Assembly (NCBI GenBank): GCA_038207335.1
Contig: JBBQZX010000002.1
Location: 1-64,000 of the forward strand
From: Chthoniobacterales bacterium
GTDB taxonomy: Bacteria; Verrucomicrobiota; Verrucomicrobiia; Chthoniobacterales; Chthoniobacteraceae
Length of the DNA stretch: 64,000 nucleotides
Direction of reading: 5' to 3'
Made by a program: the position numbers and the translations under genes. The notes beneath the pieces were generated by a model that ran no database searches, had not been told where the DNA came from, and saw nothing but the letters and a program-made list of their open reading frames with translations. Positions 45,212 through 55,856 of this stretch are shown piece after piece (within the stretch, counting starts at the first letter, position 1; every line of letters starts with the position of its first letter).

Positions 45212-46716
45212 GAGGTCGCTTTTTGGGGGGAGAGGAGGGCGCGCTCGGCGCTGTCGATGCGGCGGAAGAGCAGCCAATAGACGACGGGCGCGACCACGAT
45301 CGCCTGAGCGAGGACGGCGAGAAAAAGGACGGTGTAATCGGACCGCAGCCATCGCGAAATCAGCGCGTAAAACGCGAGCATCGGTGCTGCGGTGACGAGC
45401 ATCGGGAGCGCCAGCATTTCCAAATAATAAGCGCGAAGAGGAAGACCGGACTCCTGACAGAGGATGTAGGGCTGGACGAAAAGCTTCGTGAGGAGGAGCG
45501 AAATCGCGGTGCCGAGGGCGACGCCGAAGATGCCCAATCGCGTGACCAGCAGGAGGCTGAGCGCGAGGTTGAGAAAGGCCTCGGCGATATTCAGGCGAAG
45601 GAGGCGGTCCTGCTTCGATAGCCCGTAAAGCATGTAAATACCGGGGTTCTGGGCCATCGCGATGAGGAACGGTCCAGCAAGAAGCAGCATGACGAGGTAG
45701 CTGTCGCGGAAGCCGGGGCCGAGCCAGCGGGCGATGAAAAAGTCGCCGTAGAGCGCGAGCGAGCCGGCGACGAATGTGGAGAGGACAGCGCTCGCTTTTG
45801 TCGCAGCGGAGAATTGCGCGCGGAGGCGGTCGCGATTTCCGCTGCCGTCGGCGTGGCTGAAGACGGGCATTAGGACGCCGCCGAAGCACTCGATGAACTC
45901 GCGGAAGTAGCGGATGAGCGACATGCCGATCGAGTAGGCGGGGACTTGCGCCGCGCCGAGGAAGCCGGCGACGACGAGGTTGTCGATGCGGAAACGGACG
46001 AGCTCGATGAGCTTCATCTGGAAGTTTTTCCCGCCGTAAGAGAGGAGCGACGCGCGCGACGCGGCGGCGGAGCGAAGGGGGAAAAGCTTCATGCCGGGGA
46101 GAGTGCGGCGGGCGAAGAAGTAATTGAGCGCGCGCTGCAAAAGGCCGCCGCTGGCGGAAACGAGGACGACGGGCACGAGGCCGCCGCCGGCGCGGAGGAC
46201 AGCGGCGAGCGCGAGATTCGTGAGGACGGTGCGCGCGATGGAGGTGAAGGTGGTGCACTCGTAGCGGACGAATGCCTCGAGCACGCCGGTGAAGACGCGC
46301 GTCGGAAAACTGAGCGCGACGGTGCACCCGAGGATGAGAATAAGGCTGCGCACGGGGCCGGACTGCGCGGCATCGCGAATGAAAAACGGCGCGCCCCATG
46401 CGAGCGCAGCGACGATGAGCAGGCAACCGCCGCCGAAGATCGCTAGGAGCGAAAATGCGGAGCGGACGGTGTCACGTGCTTCGTCGAGGTCGTTGCGGCC
46501 GAGTGCTCGGGACACGTACCGCGTGACGGCGGAGGTGAGACCGAGGTCAAAAATATCGATGTAACTGACGAGCGTGAGGACGATGACCCAGACGCCGTAG
46601 CGCGGCCCGAGCGCGTGGATGAGCAGAGGTGTGATCCACAACGCGGCGAGAACCTGCGTGGCGACATCCGCGCCGCGAAGGACTGAACTCGATGCGAGGC
46701 GGCGAAGCGAAATCAT
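45208..46716 (-). CDS. Wzx-like polysaccharide flippase
   Basis: TPLLI..LG..YGVW, DLGL..AV.RY, ID..VV..FLG; many TM helices. Confidence 0.88.
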   Translation of the reverse strand: MISLRRLASSSVLRGADVATQVLAALWITPLLIHALGPRYGVWVIVLTLVSYIDIFDLGLTSAVTRYVSRALGRNDLDEARDTVRSAFSLLAIFGGGCLLIVAALAWGAPFFIRDAAQSGPVRSLILILGCTVALSFPTRVFTGVLEAFVRYECTTFTSIARTVLTNLALAAVLRAGGGLVPVVLVSASGGLLQRALNYFFARRTLPGMKLFPLRSAAASRASLLSYGGKNFQMKLIELVRFRIDNLVVAGFLGAAQVPAYSIGMSLIRYFREFIECFGGVLMPVFSHADGSGNRDRLRAQFSAATKASAVLSTFVAGSLALYGDFFIARWLGPGFRDSYLVMLLLAGPFLIAMAQNPGIYMLYGLSKQDRLLRLNIAEAFLNLALSLLLVTRLGIFGVALGTAISLLLTKLFVQPYILCQESGLPLRAYYLEMLALPMLVTAAPMLAFYALISRWLRSDYTVLFLAVLAQAIVVAPVVYWLLFRRIDSAERALLSPQKATS

Positions 46717-48188
46717 GCGCGGGCGGCTGCGGGCACCTCAGCCTCCGCAACAGGCGCGCGCATTTTCACGAGCTTCTGCCCGATAACGACGGTCGAGAGG
46801 CCGCTAGTCGGGAGAATGCGATCGAGGATGCGAAAGAGCGGCGTAAGAAAATTGTAGATGCGAAGCTGGAACGGCGTGAGCGCTTTTTGCCCACCGAGGG
46901 TATTTGCGATGTACCAAGCGAAGACGCCGAATTTGTTGAAGAAGAATTGCCTTTCGACTTGGAATCCGGCGGCGGCCATTTTGCCCTCGAGTTCGCCGAA
47001 ATCGTAGCGGCGGAAATGGCCGAGCTGTTTGTCGAAGTCGCTGTAAAGGCGCGGACTGTAGGGGACGAGGACGACGATGCGGCAGTCGGCGGGGACGTTT
47101 GCGAAGAGATTTTGGAGGACGGCGTGGTCGTCTTCGATGTGCTCGAGGACGTTGAGAAAGACGACGCTGTCCGGCGCGAATTCGCGCAGCAGCGCGTAGT
47201 CGGCGGCGAGCGACATGTCGAGTTTGCCGATGCGAAGGCCGGACTGGTGACTCCACTTTGCCTTCAGCTCCTGAAGGTAATCAGTGCGGTAGTCGGTGAG
47301 CAAAACTTCGCCGTGATGCCGGATGTGTTTGCTGAGATTTCCGCGTCCGACGCCCAGTTCCGCGACGCGTTGGCCAAGCCACGGGCGCACGGTTTCATAC
47401 ATCCACTCGTTGAATTTCGGCGCGGCCTCGAGCGCGTCGAGCGTGACCTTTCCGCTGTCGGCGTAGTTGCTCGAAAAGCGGTATTTGAAAATGAACCACA
47501 ACGCCGCGAAGCCGTCGCGCCAGGTGATTTTCTTGCCCTCGTCGTAGCGGCGGCCGTTGTAACTGATCGGCACCTCGAACATCCGCAGCCGGTTGCGCGC
47601 AGCTTTCGCGGTGATCTCGGGCTCGATGCCGAAGCGATCCGACTCGAGCGGGATCGCCCGCAAAGCCTCACCAGTAAAGGCTTTGTAGCACGTCTCCATG
47701 TCGGTGAGGTTCGTGTCGTTGAGCATGTTGGCTAGCAGCGTGAGCGCGCGGTTGCCCATCGTGTGCCAGAAGTAGAGGACCTTGCGCTCCTCGCCGGTGA
47801 AGCGGCTGCCGAACACGACGTCGGCTCGACCCTCGAGGATCGGCCTAAGCATTCGCGGATAATCGCGTGGGTCGTACTCGAGGTCGGCGTCCTGGAAAAT
47901 CGCGAGGTCGCCGGTCATCTCGGCGATGGCGCGGCGGAGCGCGGCACCTTTGCCCATGTTGTGCGGCTGCTGGAAAATGCGGACTTCGGGATGCTCGGCG
48001 GCGAGCTGCTGCATGAGCGAAAATGTGGAGTCGCGCGAACCGTCATCGACAACGACAATTTCGCGCGCGAGACCGGCGGGAAGCCGAGCGGCGAGGACGG
48101 CTTCGAGGCACGGGCGCAGCGATTCCTGCTCGTTGTAAGCGGCGACGAGGATGGAGAGCTTTTGAAATGTCGCAGCGGCGGCGGACAT
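46713..48188 (-). CDS. Bifunctional GT2 (DPM-synthase-like) glycosyltransferase + class I SAM methyltransferase
   Basis: AYNE, VVVDDGS.D, QDADLEYDP, DMETCYK; ELGVGRG, NVLEHI.DD, GHFRRY. Confidence 0.9.
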   Translation of the reverse strand: MSAAAATFQKLSILVAAYNEQESLRPCLEAVLAARLPAGLAREIVVVDDGSRDSTFSLMQQLAAEHPEVRIFQQPHNMGKGAALRRAIAEMTGDLAIFQDADLEYDPRDYPRMLRPILEGRADVVFGSRFTGEERKVLYFWHTMGNRALTLLANMLNDTNLTDMETCYKAFTGEALRAIPLESDRFGIEPEITAKAARNRLRMFEVPISYNGRRYDEGKKITWRDGFAALWFIFKYRFSSNYADSGKVTLDALEAAPKFNEWMYETVRPWLGQRVAELGVGRGNLSKHIRHHGEVLLTDYRTDYLQELKAKWSHQSGLRIGKLDMSLAADYALLREFAPDSVVFLNVLEHIEDDHAVLQNLFANVPADCRIVVLVPYSPRLYSDFDKQLGHFRRYDFGELEGKMAAAGFQVERQFFFNKFGVFAWYIANTLGGQKALTPFQLRIYNFLTPLFRILDRILPTSGLSTVVIGQKLVKMRAPVAEAEVPAAARA

Positions 48189-48228
48189 GAGCGGTGCGAA
48201 ATATGGACGCGAAGAAAGAGGGCGAAAG

Positions 48229-49869
48229 TCAATTTCCGCGCACGATCCTGAAGGCGCGGATCGGAGGGAAATCGGTGCGTCCGCCGCGCACGACCGGGGA
48301 GTCGGCAATGAGATGGAATTGCGCCGGATTTTCCTCGCAGACGCGGTCGAGCATGTCGGCGTGAGCACCGCGCTTTGCGGGCGGCATGGAGTCGTCGAGG
48401 ACGATGGTGGCGATGTCGCTTTTCGTGAGGAACGCCGCGAGTTCGACGTCGGTGGAAAAGCGGGCGCGATAATCCGCGCCGCTCCAGGACATGGATGCGA
48501 GGAGTTTGCTGGCGCGCGCGACGATGTGGCCGGGGCGCTTTTCGCGCATCGCGAGTTCGGAGATGAACATCCCCTCGCCGCTCGCGTCGGAGGATACGAG
48601 GATGGTCGAGTGTGGGGCTTTAGATTCGCTCACCACGACTTCCGCGATAGGCGCGAATCCGCTCCAGAGCTTCGGATAGATGCGGAAAAAGTGGGTCGTG
48701 ATCGAGATGGCGATGACGAGCGGGAGGAGCATCACGCCGAGGATGTGGGCGGTGGAAACGGGTGAGCCGAGATGCTCAGGGACGAATCGACGCGTGAGCG
48801 TTGCCGCGCCCGCGACGGCGAACATGACGGCGGGGGGCAGAGCGGAGATGAGGTGCCGCGCTTCGAGACCGACGGGCATGATGATTTGAAAGAGGAAGAC
48901 GCTGGCGATGAGCGCGGCGGCGGCGTGCCATTGCCCAAGGCGTTTGCAAGGAACCGTGGTGGGCAATTGATTCTTTTGGCGGCACAGCAGCGGGCAGAGG
49001 AAGCCGATGCAGGCGAGGATGGTGACGACGACGCCGAGCGAGATGACAAGTTTGTTCGCGTAAAATGGCGCGGCTTCGCGGGTGAAACTGAACGACGGAT
49101 TTGGCTGGAGCCAGCCGCCTTTCAACCGTCCTTCGTTCCGAAAATACCACGTCCACGGACCGGCGAGGATGGCGGTGAGGGCCGCGGACGCCCATAGAAT
49201 GGGCGTTGCGAGGAGATGCCACTTTCGCGAAAAGCAAATCGCGAGCGGCACCAAGAGAACGAGCGCGACACCGGTGCCTTTCGTAAGAATCGCGAGCGCG
49301 GCGAGGATTCCGAATGCAATGGCGTCGGACTTTTTCTCGCGATCGAGGAAATTTCCGAAGGCGAGCGCGGCGGCGAGCATGAGCCCAGCGGTGAGTGTCT
49401 CGGCCATCACCATCGAATAGTATTCGCGAGCGAGGGGAAGAGAGAGGAAGAGAAGGCCGCCGAGCGCGGCGGCGGTGTGGCCGAATTCGCGACGGAGCGC
49501 GAGGTAGATGAGGGTCGCGACTGCCGCGGCTAACGCGCACAGGAGGAGCAGAATGGAGGTGCGCGAGACACCGAATGGGAGCATCCACGCGGACTGGACG
49601 AGGTAGAAAAATGGGGGCCAGACGCCGAGTCCGATCTTTGGATAATGGGCGTAGTAGTCGTCGGCGAATTTCATCGGCGACCCGGGGAATCCGGCGGCGA
49701 TGTAGTCGCGGATCATGAGGCCGGTGACGTAGTGCGCGGCTTCGTCGGGGTGTGCGCCGAATTCGCTGCGTTCGGCCCGGAGAGTCCGCTGCCACAGGAA
49801 CGCGGCGTCGAAGGCTAGGACGAAAACGAGCGCGGCGATGAGCCACGGGCGGAGCTGGGCGAGGTTCAT
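48229..49869 (-). CDS. GT-C (ArnT/PMT-like) membrane glycosyltransferase
   Basis: HPDE after TM1, WPP.FY, ILTK, RH; multiple TM helices. Confidence 0.8.
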   Translation of the reverse strand: MNLAQLRPWLIAALVFVLAFDAAFLWQRTLRAERSEFGAHPDEAAHYVTGLMIRDYIAAGFPGSPMKFADDYYAHYPKIGLGVWPPFFYLVQSAWMLPFGVSRTSILLLLCALAAAVATLIYLALRREFGHTAAALGGLLFLSLPLAREYYSMVMAETLTAGLMLAAALAFGNFLDREKKSDAIAFGILAALAILTKGTGVALVLLVPLAICFSRKWHLLATPILWASAALTAILAGPWTWYFRNEGRLKGGWLQPNPSFSFTREAAPFYANKLVISLGVVVTILACIGFLCPLLCRQKNQLPTTVPCKRLGQWHAAAALIASVFLFQIIMPVGLEARHLISALPPAVMFAVAGAATLTRRFVPEHLGSPVSTAHILGVMLLPLVIAISITTHFFRIYPKLWSGFAPIAEVVVSESKAPHSTILVSSDASGEGMFISELAMREKRPGHIVARASKLLASMSWSGADYRARFSTDVELAAFLTKSDIATIVLDDSMPPAKRGAHADMLDRVCEENPAQFHLIADSPVVRGGRTDFPPIRAFRIVRGN

Positions 49870-50963
49870 GGGGCGGGGTCGAATCGCGCGACGACGGCGC
49901 GATGCTGGGAGAGTGTGCCGGGCTCGGCGGCGCACGAAATGGGACGCCAGCCGCGGCCGCCGAAAAGGTAGTCGATGCGAATCCAAGGCCCGAGCAGGGA
50001 GGTGGGAAAATGCATTCCACCGGGAAATGTGAAGCCCCAACCGCGTCCACTTTTTGCGAAAGCGTCGGACATTTCATCCGCGAATACGTGGTAGCTGCCT
50101 CCGTGGTCGGGCATGTTGAAATCGCCGCCGACGATGAATGGAAGCGGCTCGAAGCGGAACACTTCGGCGAGGGCGGCGTAGAGTTGGGCGCGCTCGCCAA
50201 TCCATTCGCGGTAGTTGACGAGTTGGTTGGAGGGCTCGCCGTCTTCGATTAGGTCTTTCGCGATGCGCGGGCTGAGAAAGCGGGTGAATTCATGGCGCGG
50301 AGTGGGCATGTGGACGCTGTAGATGGCGAGCGGTTTGCCTTTGAAAATGACGACGTATCGGGCGGCGACCGGGCGGCCCCGCCAGCGCGGCTCGGCGAGA
50401 AGGCGGGTCTCCTGGATGAGGTGATGGCTGACGATGCTAAACTCGCCGCGGCTCTCGATGGAGCTGTCCGGGAAGGCGCTTTGCAACGGGATGCCGCGGC
50501 CACGGGCGTCTTGGAGGAGGATGACGTCAGGCTTTTGCGCGGCTAGGAATCCCGCGAATTGCGGGCGATTTCCCTGGCCGATATTGTGGGTGACGACCGT
50601 AAAGGTCTGCCGCCCGGCCGCGCCGGGGGAATGCCGGCGGAGGCCCATGTAGCCGATGGTGACGAGCGCGACGGCGGCGATGAGCCAGAGGCAAAGCGCG
50701 GGGCGGATGAGCAGCGCGAGCGGCGCGAGGATGGCGACGGGTGCGAGGAAAATCGGCGCCGGGGCGAAGATGAGGAGGCTGAGGAGCCACTGGGACTCGC
50801 CCCACCACTCGAGGGAAATCAGCAGGACAACGAGGACGGCGAGATAGCCGACGGTCGCGAGCGAGAGGAGGGTGCGACTTTTGGCGAAAGGCAGCGCGCT
50901 CCGGCTCAGCGGCGGAGGCTGCTCTGGATGCGCGTGCGGATCGGCTGCAGAAGTTCGTGGCAA
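49866..50963 (-). CDS. Membrane-anchored endonuclease/exonuclease/phosphatase family protein
   Basis: THNI, LLQD, SVH, GDFN, RIDY, SQH. Confidence 0.88.
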   Translation of the reverse strand: MPRTSAADPHAHPEQPPPLSRSALPFAKSRTLLSLATVGYLAVLVVLLISLEWWGESQWLLSLLIFAPAPIFLAPVAILAPLALLIRPALCLWLIAAVALVTIGYMGLRRHSPGAAGRQTFTVVTHNIGQGNRPQFAGFLAAQKPDVILLQDARGRGIPLQSAFPDSSIESRGEFSIVSHHLIQETRLLAEPRWRGRPVAARYVVIFKGKPLAIYSVHMPTPRHEFTRFLSPRIAKDLIEDGEPSNQLVNYREWIGERAQLYAALAEVFRFEPLPFIVGGDFNMPDHGGSYHVFADEMSDAFAKSGRGWGFTFPGGMHFPTSLLGPWIRIDYLFGGRGWRPISCAAEPGTLSQHRAVVARFDPAP

Positions 50964-53000
50964 TTAGCGATCCTCCAGTGGGAGCGAGACGGCGGGTTCC
51001 TCGGTGTCGTCTTCGTCCATGTCGAAATTCGAATCGAAGGGGGCCAAGACCTCGCCGGGTGGGTGTAGTCTGTCGCGCGCGAGGTCGGCGCTGGCTGCGG
51101 CGGTGAGCTCTCGTTCGCCGAGATTGTAGGCTCTCGTGTAGTAACGCTGCGCCGTCTTGTAGCGACGCTGACGGTGCCAGTGGAGGCCGTAATTTGCATA
51201 GACTGCGCCGGAATTTGGATCGGCGGCAATAGCCCGCTCGAAGACTTTGTCGGCGTCGGCGAAGCGCCCGAGATTGTCCAAAGTGCGTCCGAGTTTGAGC
51301 AGGAGGCCGATATCTTGGGGGTAAAGGCGGAGGCCTTCGACGAACGCGGCTGCTGCTGCGTCGTGAAGCCGCAGCTTTTCCGCCGAATCACTGGCATCCA
51401 TCGCGAGGTAATGCTGCGACTCGCCGAGATAGTAATAAAGGTCGGGGTTCTTTTTCTCGGCATTCAACGCCTTTTCAGCCCAGTCTCGCGCCTCACCGTA
51501 TTGAAGGTCCCGCAGCGCGACGCGCGCCTTTTCACCTGCGAATTCACCGGGGATTTTAGGAAGCGTGAGCCCAAGAAGCAGGACTCCAATCGCCGTGGGG
51601 AGCCAGAGCATCCACGCTTTGCGCGGGGCATCGGGCGTCACCATTTCGTTCGCGTCGGTGGGCGTCGCGAGGATTCCGAAGAGGAAGGCGACGAGCAGGG
51701 TGTTGGCCGGGATATGGAGATTGAAATCGACGACGGAGTGGACGAGCAGGGCCACAACGGCGGAAAATGCGCCGATAACGCAAGCGAGTTCGCTGCTTTT
51801 GGTGCGCTTCGCGGGCAGGAGTTTTCGGAATAGGATGGAACGGATGCCGAGCCAGCCGCGACGGAGGTGTGCGGCGAGGAAGAAGAAGATCACGCAAACT
51901 CCGGCGATGCCGTACTCGGCGAGCATTTCGAGGTAGTCGGAATGGACGTGGATTGGATCGCCTTGAACCGAGGCGTCTCGAAGCTGACGACCGAAGTACA
52001 AATAGGTGCCGCTGCCGGTGCCGAATGCGGGCGCGAGGGCGAATTGCCGGAGCGCTGCCTCCCATAGTTGCAGGCGCATGTTGCCGGGGTCGTAGATTTG
52101 CCCGAGGCGGGATTTGAGCGAGGTGCTGTAGAGCATCAGGTAAGCGGCTCCGACCACAATCAACGTGCATCCGGCTATGGTTGCCGCGAGAAGGCGTCCG
52201 AATTTGCGGCGGTTCGTCCGGCGGATGACTCGGAGGGAGAGAAATGAGAAGACGACGAGGCCGATGACCGTGCTGACGTAGGCTCCCCGGCTGCCCGTGA
52301 TCGCTATGCCGCCGACGCAGATGACGACGCCGTAGATTGCGAGGACTCGCTGCCAAACTTTTCCGCGAGCCCAGCAGGCGAAGCCGAGGGCGAGCAGCCC
52401 AAGCATTTCCAAAAGACCGGCGAGATGGTTCGGGCAGATGTAGAACCCGCTCGCCCGCGCCCCGTAGTCGGGCCTGAAGATCGTCGGGACGAGCATGAAG
52501 TTGTTGCCCTCCTTGAATTGGACCGCGCCGACTGCAATGTGAGCCGTTGCGATGCCGAACAGCAACCAGACGATCGCGCGCCGCTGGCGGTTCCGAGGCA
52601 GATGAACCGCGGAAAGGAAGTAAACTAGGAGCGCTCCGACGGCCATAAGCAAGTCCGTGCGCGCGAGATACTCGACAGGTGAGAAAAGGGCTCGCGTGGA
52701 GACGTAAGCCGCTAGAAGCAGCGCCGAAGCCGTACACCAGCGGCCGGGATTTCCGAAATCACGCCCCTTTGCTCCAAACAAAGCGATGAGGCCGGCGACG
52801 CCTAGCAGTGAGTAGGCTGCGAGCGAATAGACGAGCCGCGGCCCTCCGATCAGCACTTGGATCATGCAGAAGGCTAGCCCGATCAGGACGACGATGAGTG
52901 CGCGGGAGAGCGATCTTCTCGGCCTGCGCGAGCCGGACGGTTCGGGAGCGTCGTTTGAGTTCTCAGTTGGAACTTCGGCGCTGTCAGGGGTGGATGGCAT
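50964..53000 (-). CDS. O-antigen ligase/O-oligosaccharyltransferase-like (Wzy_C) protein with TPRs
   Basis: RASG...PNHLAG, TGSRG, R..W, G.G.GT, HVHSDYLE.LAE.G, HS.VDFNLHIPAN, TPR tail. Confidence 0.88.
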   Translation of the reverse strand: MPSTPDSAEVPTENSNDAPEPSGSRRPRRSLSRALIVVLIGLAFCMIQVLIGGPRLVYSLAAYSLLGVAGLIALFGAKGRDFGNPGRWCTASALLLAAYVSTRALFSPVEYLARTDLLMAVGALLVYFLSAVHLPRNRQRRAIVWLLFGIATAHIAVGAVQFKEGNNFMLVPTIFRPDYGARASGFYICPNHLAGLLEMLGLLALGFACWARGKVWQRVLAIYGVVICVGGIAITGSRGAYVSTVIGLVVFSFLSLRVIRRTNRRKFGRLLAATIAGCTLIVVGAAYLMLYSTSLKSRLGQIYDPGNMRLQLWEAALRQFALAPAFGTGSGTYLYFGRQLRDASVQGDPIHVHSDYLEMLAEYGIAGVCVIFFFLAAHLRRGWLGIRSILFRKLLPAKRTKSSELACVIGAFSAVVALLVHSVVDFNLHIPANTLLVAFLFGILATPTDANEMVTPDAPRKAWMLWLPTAIGVLLLGLTLPKIPGEFAGEKARVALRDLQYGEARDWAEKALNAEKKNPDLYYYLGESQHYLAMDASDSAEKLRLHDAAAAAFVEGLRLYPQDIGLLLKLGRTLDNLGRFADADKVFERAIAADPNSGAVYANYGLHWHRQRRYKTAQRYYTRAYNLGERELTAAASADLARDRLHPPGEVLAPFDSNFDMDEDDTEEPAVSLPLEDR

Positions 53001-53017
53001 TTCTCAACAAGGGCGCG

Positions 53018-53058
53018 AAAAAACAAAACGCCCCTGCAACACGCGTTGCAGGGGCGTT
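53018..53058 (-). terminator. Strong Rho-independent terminator of the Ala-rich surface protein gene
   Basis: 14-bp stem AACGCCCCTGCAAC/GTTGCAGGGGCGTT followed on - by TTGTTTTTT. Confidence 0.9.
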
Positions 53059-53075
53059 CGTGAGGAGCACTCGGA

Positions 53076-55856
53076 TTACAGTCCGAAAATGCTGGTGACA
53101 GGTGCCCCAGTTCCGCTGCTGTGTCCGTAGTTGTTGATGCCGGCTGCGCCTGCACCAGGGATCATCGCGACAGCTTGTGATTTACCGAAATCAACCGCTG
53201 CTTGAATTTGCGCGTTGGTTAGTCCCTTTGCGATATTCGCCAAGGCCGTAACGATTCCGGCACCGCTATACAGGCTCGGCGCATCGGAGACGGTCGCTCC
53301 AGCGGTCGCTGCAGCTTGGGCGATCTCCAAGATATACGCTTTCGCAGCTTTGCCTGCGGCGGTGAGAACGGCTTGCACCGCCAAGGGGATATCGGTATCG
53401 CCGCTCTGTGTCACTTGAGCGATGTAACCGGTGACGACACCTGCAGAACCTTGTGAAGGCTGCGAGGTAGCGTTCCCCGCGGCGTCTATTTGACTAATGT
53501 TCGGACCAGTCAGTTTCAGTGCTGCTTTGACTGCGGATGCCACAGCGCCCTTGACTGCCGCGATTTCCTTTTTGCGGTCTGTCCCGGTCTTGGCTCCATC
53601 GAGATTCGCCTCAAGGATGCCGACGGTCGCCCCGGCGGTGATCGCGGCGGCGGCGGCGGGCTTATCGGTCACGAGCGCGGTATCGACGCGGGAGTAAGCG
53701 AAGATCGCAGCGACAGATTTTCCTGCAGCTTTTGGCGCACGGAACGCGGCAGCATGAGCGGTGACGTGGGAATACTGCGGAGCGGCAGCGGTGGCACCGG
53801 TCGCGATGTCCACTGCGAACGCTTGGTTCGTGAAGACGAGGTCGGCGACGTATTCAAACAGATCGGAGGTGCTGGCCGCTACATGCACCGCAGTATCGAC
53901 GGCGATTTGGATATTCGGCTGCGCTTTGTAATTCGCACCGGCGGCGGCAGTCACAATAGCGGCGGCGGAGGCTGGGCTCGCCACGGCGCTGGCTGCCGCA
54001 ATGGCTTGCGCACCTTTGGGATTGGCGCGGGTGCCGGCGTTCGTGACAATCAGCACTTCGTTGGCGTTCGTGGCCGCTGCAAGAGCTTCTTCGACGGCGG
54101 TATAAAAGCTGACTTTCGTGAATTTACCGGGACTTCCAACGACGGGGTCGCCATTCAAAATGCGACTGGCGAGCGCACCGGCTTGGTCGATGTAATTATC
54201 GTTATCGTCCAAGCGCTGGGTCTTCGCACCGTCGATAATGGCAGTGACGTTCTTCTTGTCGCCGACGATACCGGCTGCGACTGCCGCTCCGACGTAGGTA
54301 GCGTTTGTGCTGATATCGATCGCTTGAACGGCTGCTTGGACAATCTCCTTCGAGAGCGCCTTATTCGCCTTGACGGCACCCAAGGTGATCGCACCAATTT
54401 CATTGGGGTTACCGCTTGCCTGCACTGCATTGATGGATTTCGTTACGATGTCGTTAGCCTCGGTGACATCGGAGCCACCCACTGCAATTGCAGCCTTCAG
54501 GCCCGCCGTGATGACTGCCTGGGCAAGAATTGGCGGAGCCGCTTTGATGGCTCCGAGAACGGCCTCACTCGGCTCGTTGGGTGCCGCCAGAACGGATGCG
54601 GTCGTCAATTTTGCAGCCGCCTTCGGATATGCGCGAACCCCGGACTCAGTGATGTCTGCCGTGCCCACAGTGCTCGCATGGCTCGTCGCGTAGCTAATAA
54701 CCGTTCCGAGAACATCAGGGGAATACCTGAGGTAACCCACAACCGCTCCAGCGGCAACGGCGTCCTCATGATTCGCAGGAGCAGTCGCAAGGTAAGCGTT
54801 GACGGCAGCAACTGCGGCTGTCGTATCCGTCGGATTCGCGTCGCGGACGGCAACGTAAGCGTCCACCGCTGTGTCAGCCGCTGTCTTGTTCACATCACCC
54901 ATCGAAACCGCAGCCTTCACATCTGCAGCCGAACTCGTCGGCAGAGCGGAGGCAGCAGCAGCGACAATTTCGATCGTGGTCGCACGCTTAATTGCGGCGG
55001 CGACTGTCGGCGGTTGCATCGGAGGAGCCAGTGCCGCAATAGCCGCGTTGGCTGCGGAAAGTGCCGCTTGCGTGACTTCAGTCGTCGTAGCGGTGGTTTT
55101 CGCAGCGCGAACCGCTGCGTAGGTAATTTCTTCGACGAGATACCCGGCACCGTTGTTGATCGCGGCCGTCACGACGGTAGTCGTGATAGCGAGGGTCTGC
55201 GAGTCACCTCCCTTCAATGCACCGGCAATTGCCGCAGTCGTGATTTTCGCGGCCAACGCGCTGGACGCTATGATCGCTTGCTCGGCGATATTGTCCGCAT
55301 CGACGTTGTCGCCAATTGCCGTGATCGCCTTGATCGCGGCGCCTGCGACGGCTGGCGCGCCCTTTGGCAATGCTTTTGACGCCTCAAAAGTGGCCGCCTC
55401 GAGATTCGCTTCGAGCTGTGCGGCGCTTTGGCTTGTCCCCGGGATTGCGGCGAGCGTTGCCGCGACGTTTTTGATAACCGATGCCGCCTTCGAGGGCAGC
55501 CACTGCGATGCCTCACGAACGAGGCTCGCGACCGTAACGCCAGCGATATCGGACGTTACTTCCTCCTCCACCACGAGCGCAGTTGCGGCGGCGAGTTCTT
55601 TGTCGGTTGCAAGCTCGAAACCTGTCGGCGGCGGGACGATGAGGGTCTTGGTAGGTGCGAACGTATGAAGCTTGTCCTGAATCATCTGGAGATCCAGATT
55701 CCCTGCGACCGGGCTGTTAGGATCCGGGTAGTAGCCTTGCGCAAGCACGGAGGCAGCGCTGAGCCCGAGGGCGAGAGCGATCGCGAAAGCCGACCGTTTT
55801 GCCGATGTGGCGCGAAGTGTTTGGGGGCGGAGTCGTTTGAGTGCGAGCGTGTTCAT
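53076..55856 (-). CDS. Large Ala-rich secreted helical-repeat surface protein (926 aa), S-layer-like candidate
   Basis: Signal peptide ending ASVLA-Q; degenerate repeats (P..A..I...A..A); distinctive GCT/GCA-rich codon use; own terminator. Confidence 0.7.
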   Translation of the reverse strand: MNTLALKRLRPQTLRATSAKRSAFAIALALGLSAASVLAQGYYPDPNSPVAGNLDLQMIQDKLHTFAPTKTLIVPPPTGFELATDKELAAATALVVEEEVTSDIAGVTVASLVREASQWLPSKAASVIKNVAATLAAIPGTSQSAAQLEANLEAATFEASKALPKGAPAVAGAAIKAITAIGDNVDADNIAEQAIIASSALAAKITTAAIAGALKGGDSQTLAITTTVVTAAINNGAGYLVEEITYAAVRAAKTTATTTEVTQAALSAANAAIAALAPPMQPPTVAAAIKRATTIEIVAAAASALPTSSAADVKAAVSMGDVNKTAADTAVDAYVAVRDANPTDTTAAVAAVNAYLATAPANHEDAVAAGAVVGYLRYSPDVLGTVISYATSHASTVGTADITESGVRAYPKAAAKLTTASVLAAPNEPSEAVLGAIKAAPPILAQAVITAGLKAAIAVGGSDVTEANDIVTKSINAVQASGNPNEIGAITLGAVKANKALSKEIVQAAVQAIDISTNATYVGAAVAAGIVGDKKNVTAIIDGAKTQRLDDNDNYIDQAGALASRILNGDPVVGSPGKFTKVSFYTAVEEALAAATNANEVLIVTNAGTRANPKGAQAIAAASAVASPASAAAIVTAAAGANYKAQPNIQIAVDTAVHVAASTSDLFEYVADLVFTNQAFAVDIATGATAAAPQYSHVTAHAAAFRAPKAAGKSVAAIFAYSRVDTALVTDKPAAAAAITAGATVGILEANLDGAKTGTDRKKEIAAVKGAVASAVKAALKLTGPNISQIDAAGNATSQPSQGSAGVVTGYIAQVTQSGDTDIPLAVQAVLTAAGKAAKAYILEIAQAAATAGATVSDAPSLYSGAGIVTALANIAKGLTNAQIQAAVDFGKSQAVAMIPGAGAAGINNYGHSSGTGAPVTSIFGL

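Noticed and set aside
43784..46426. 880-aa ORF
   Set aside because: The N-terminal ~400 aa is an Arg/Pro-rich off-frame reading of the flippase; the real start is 45211.
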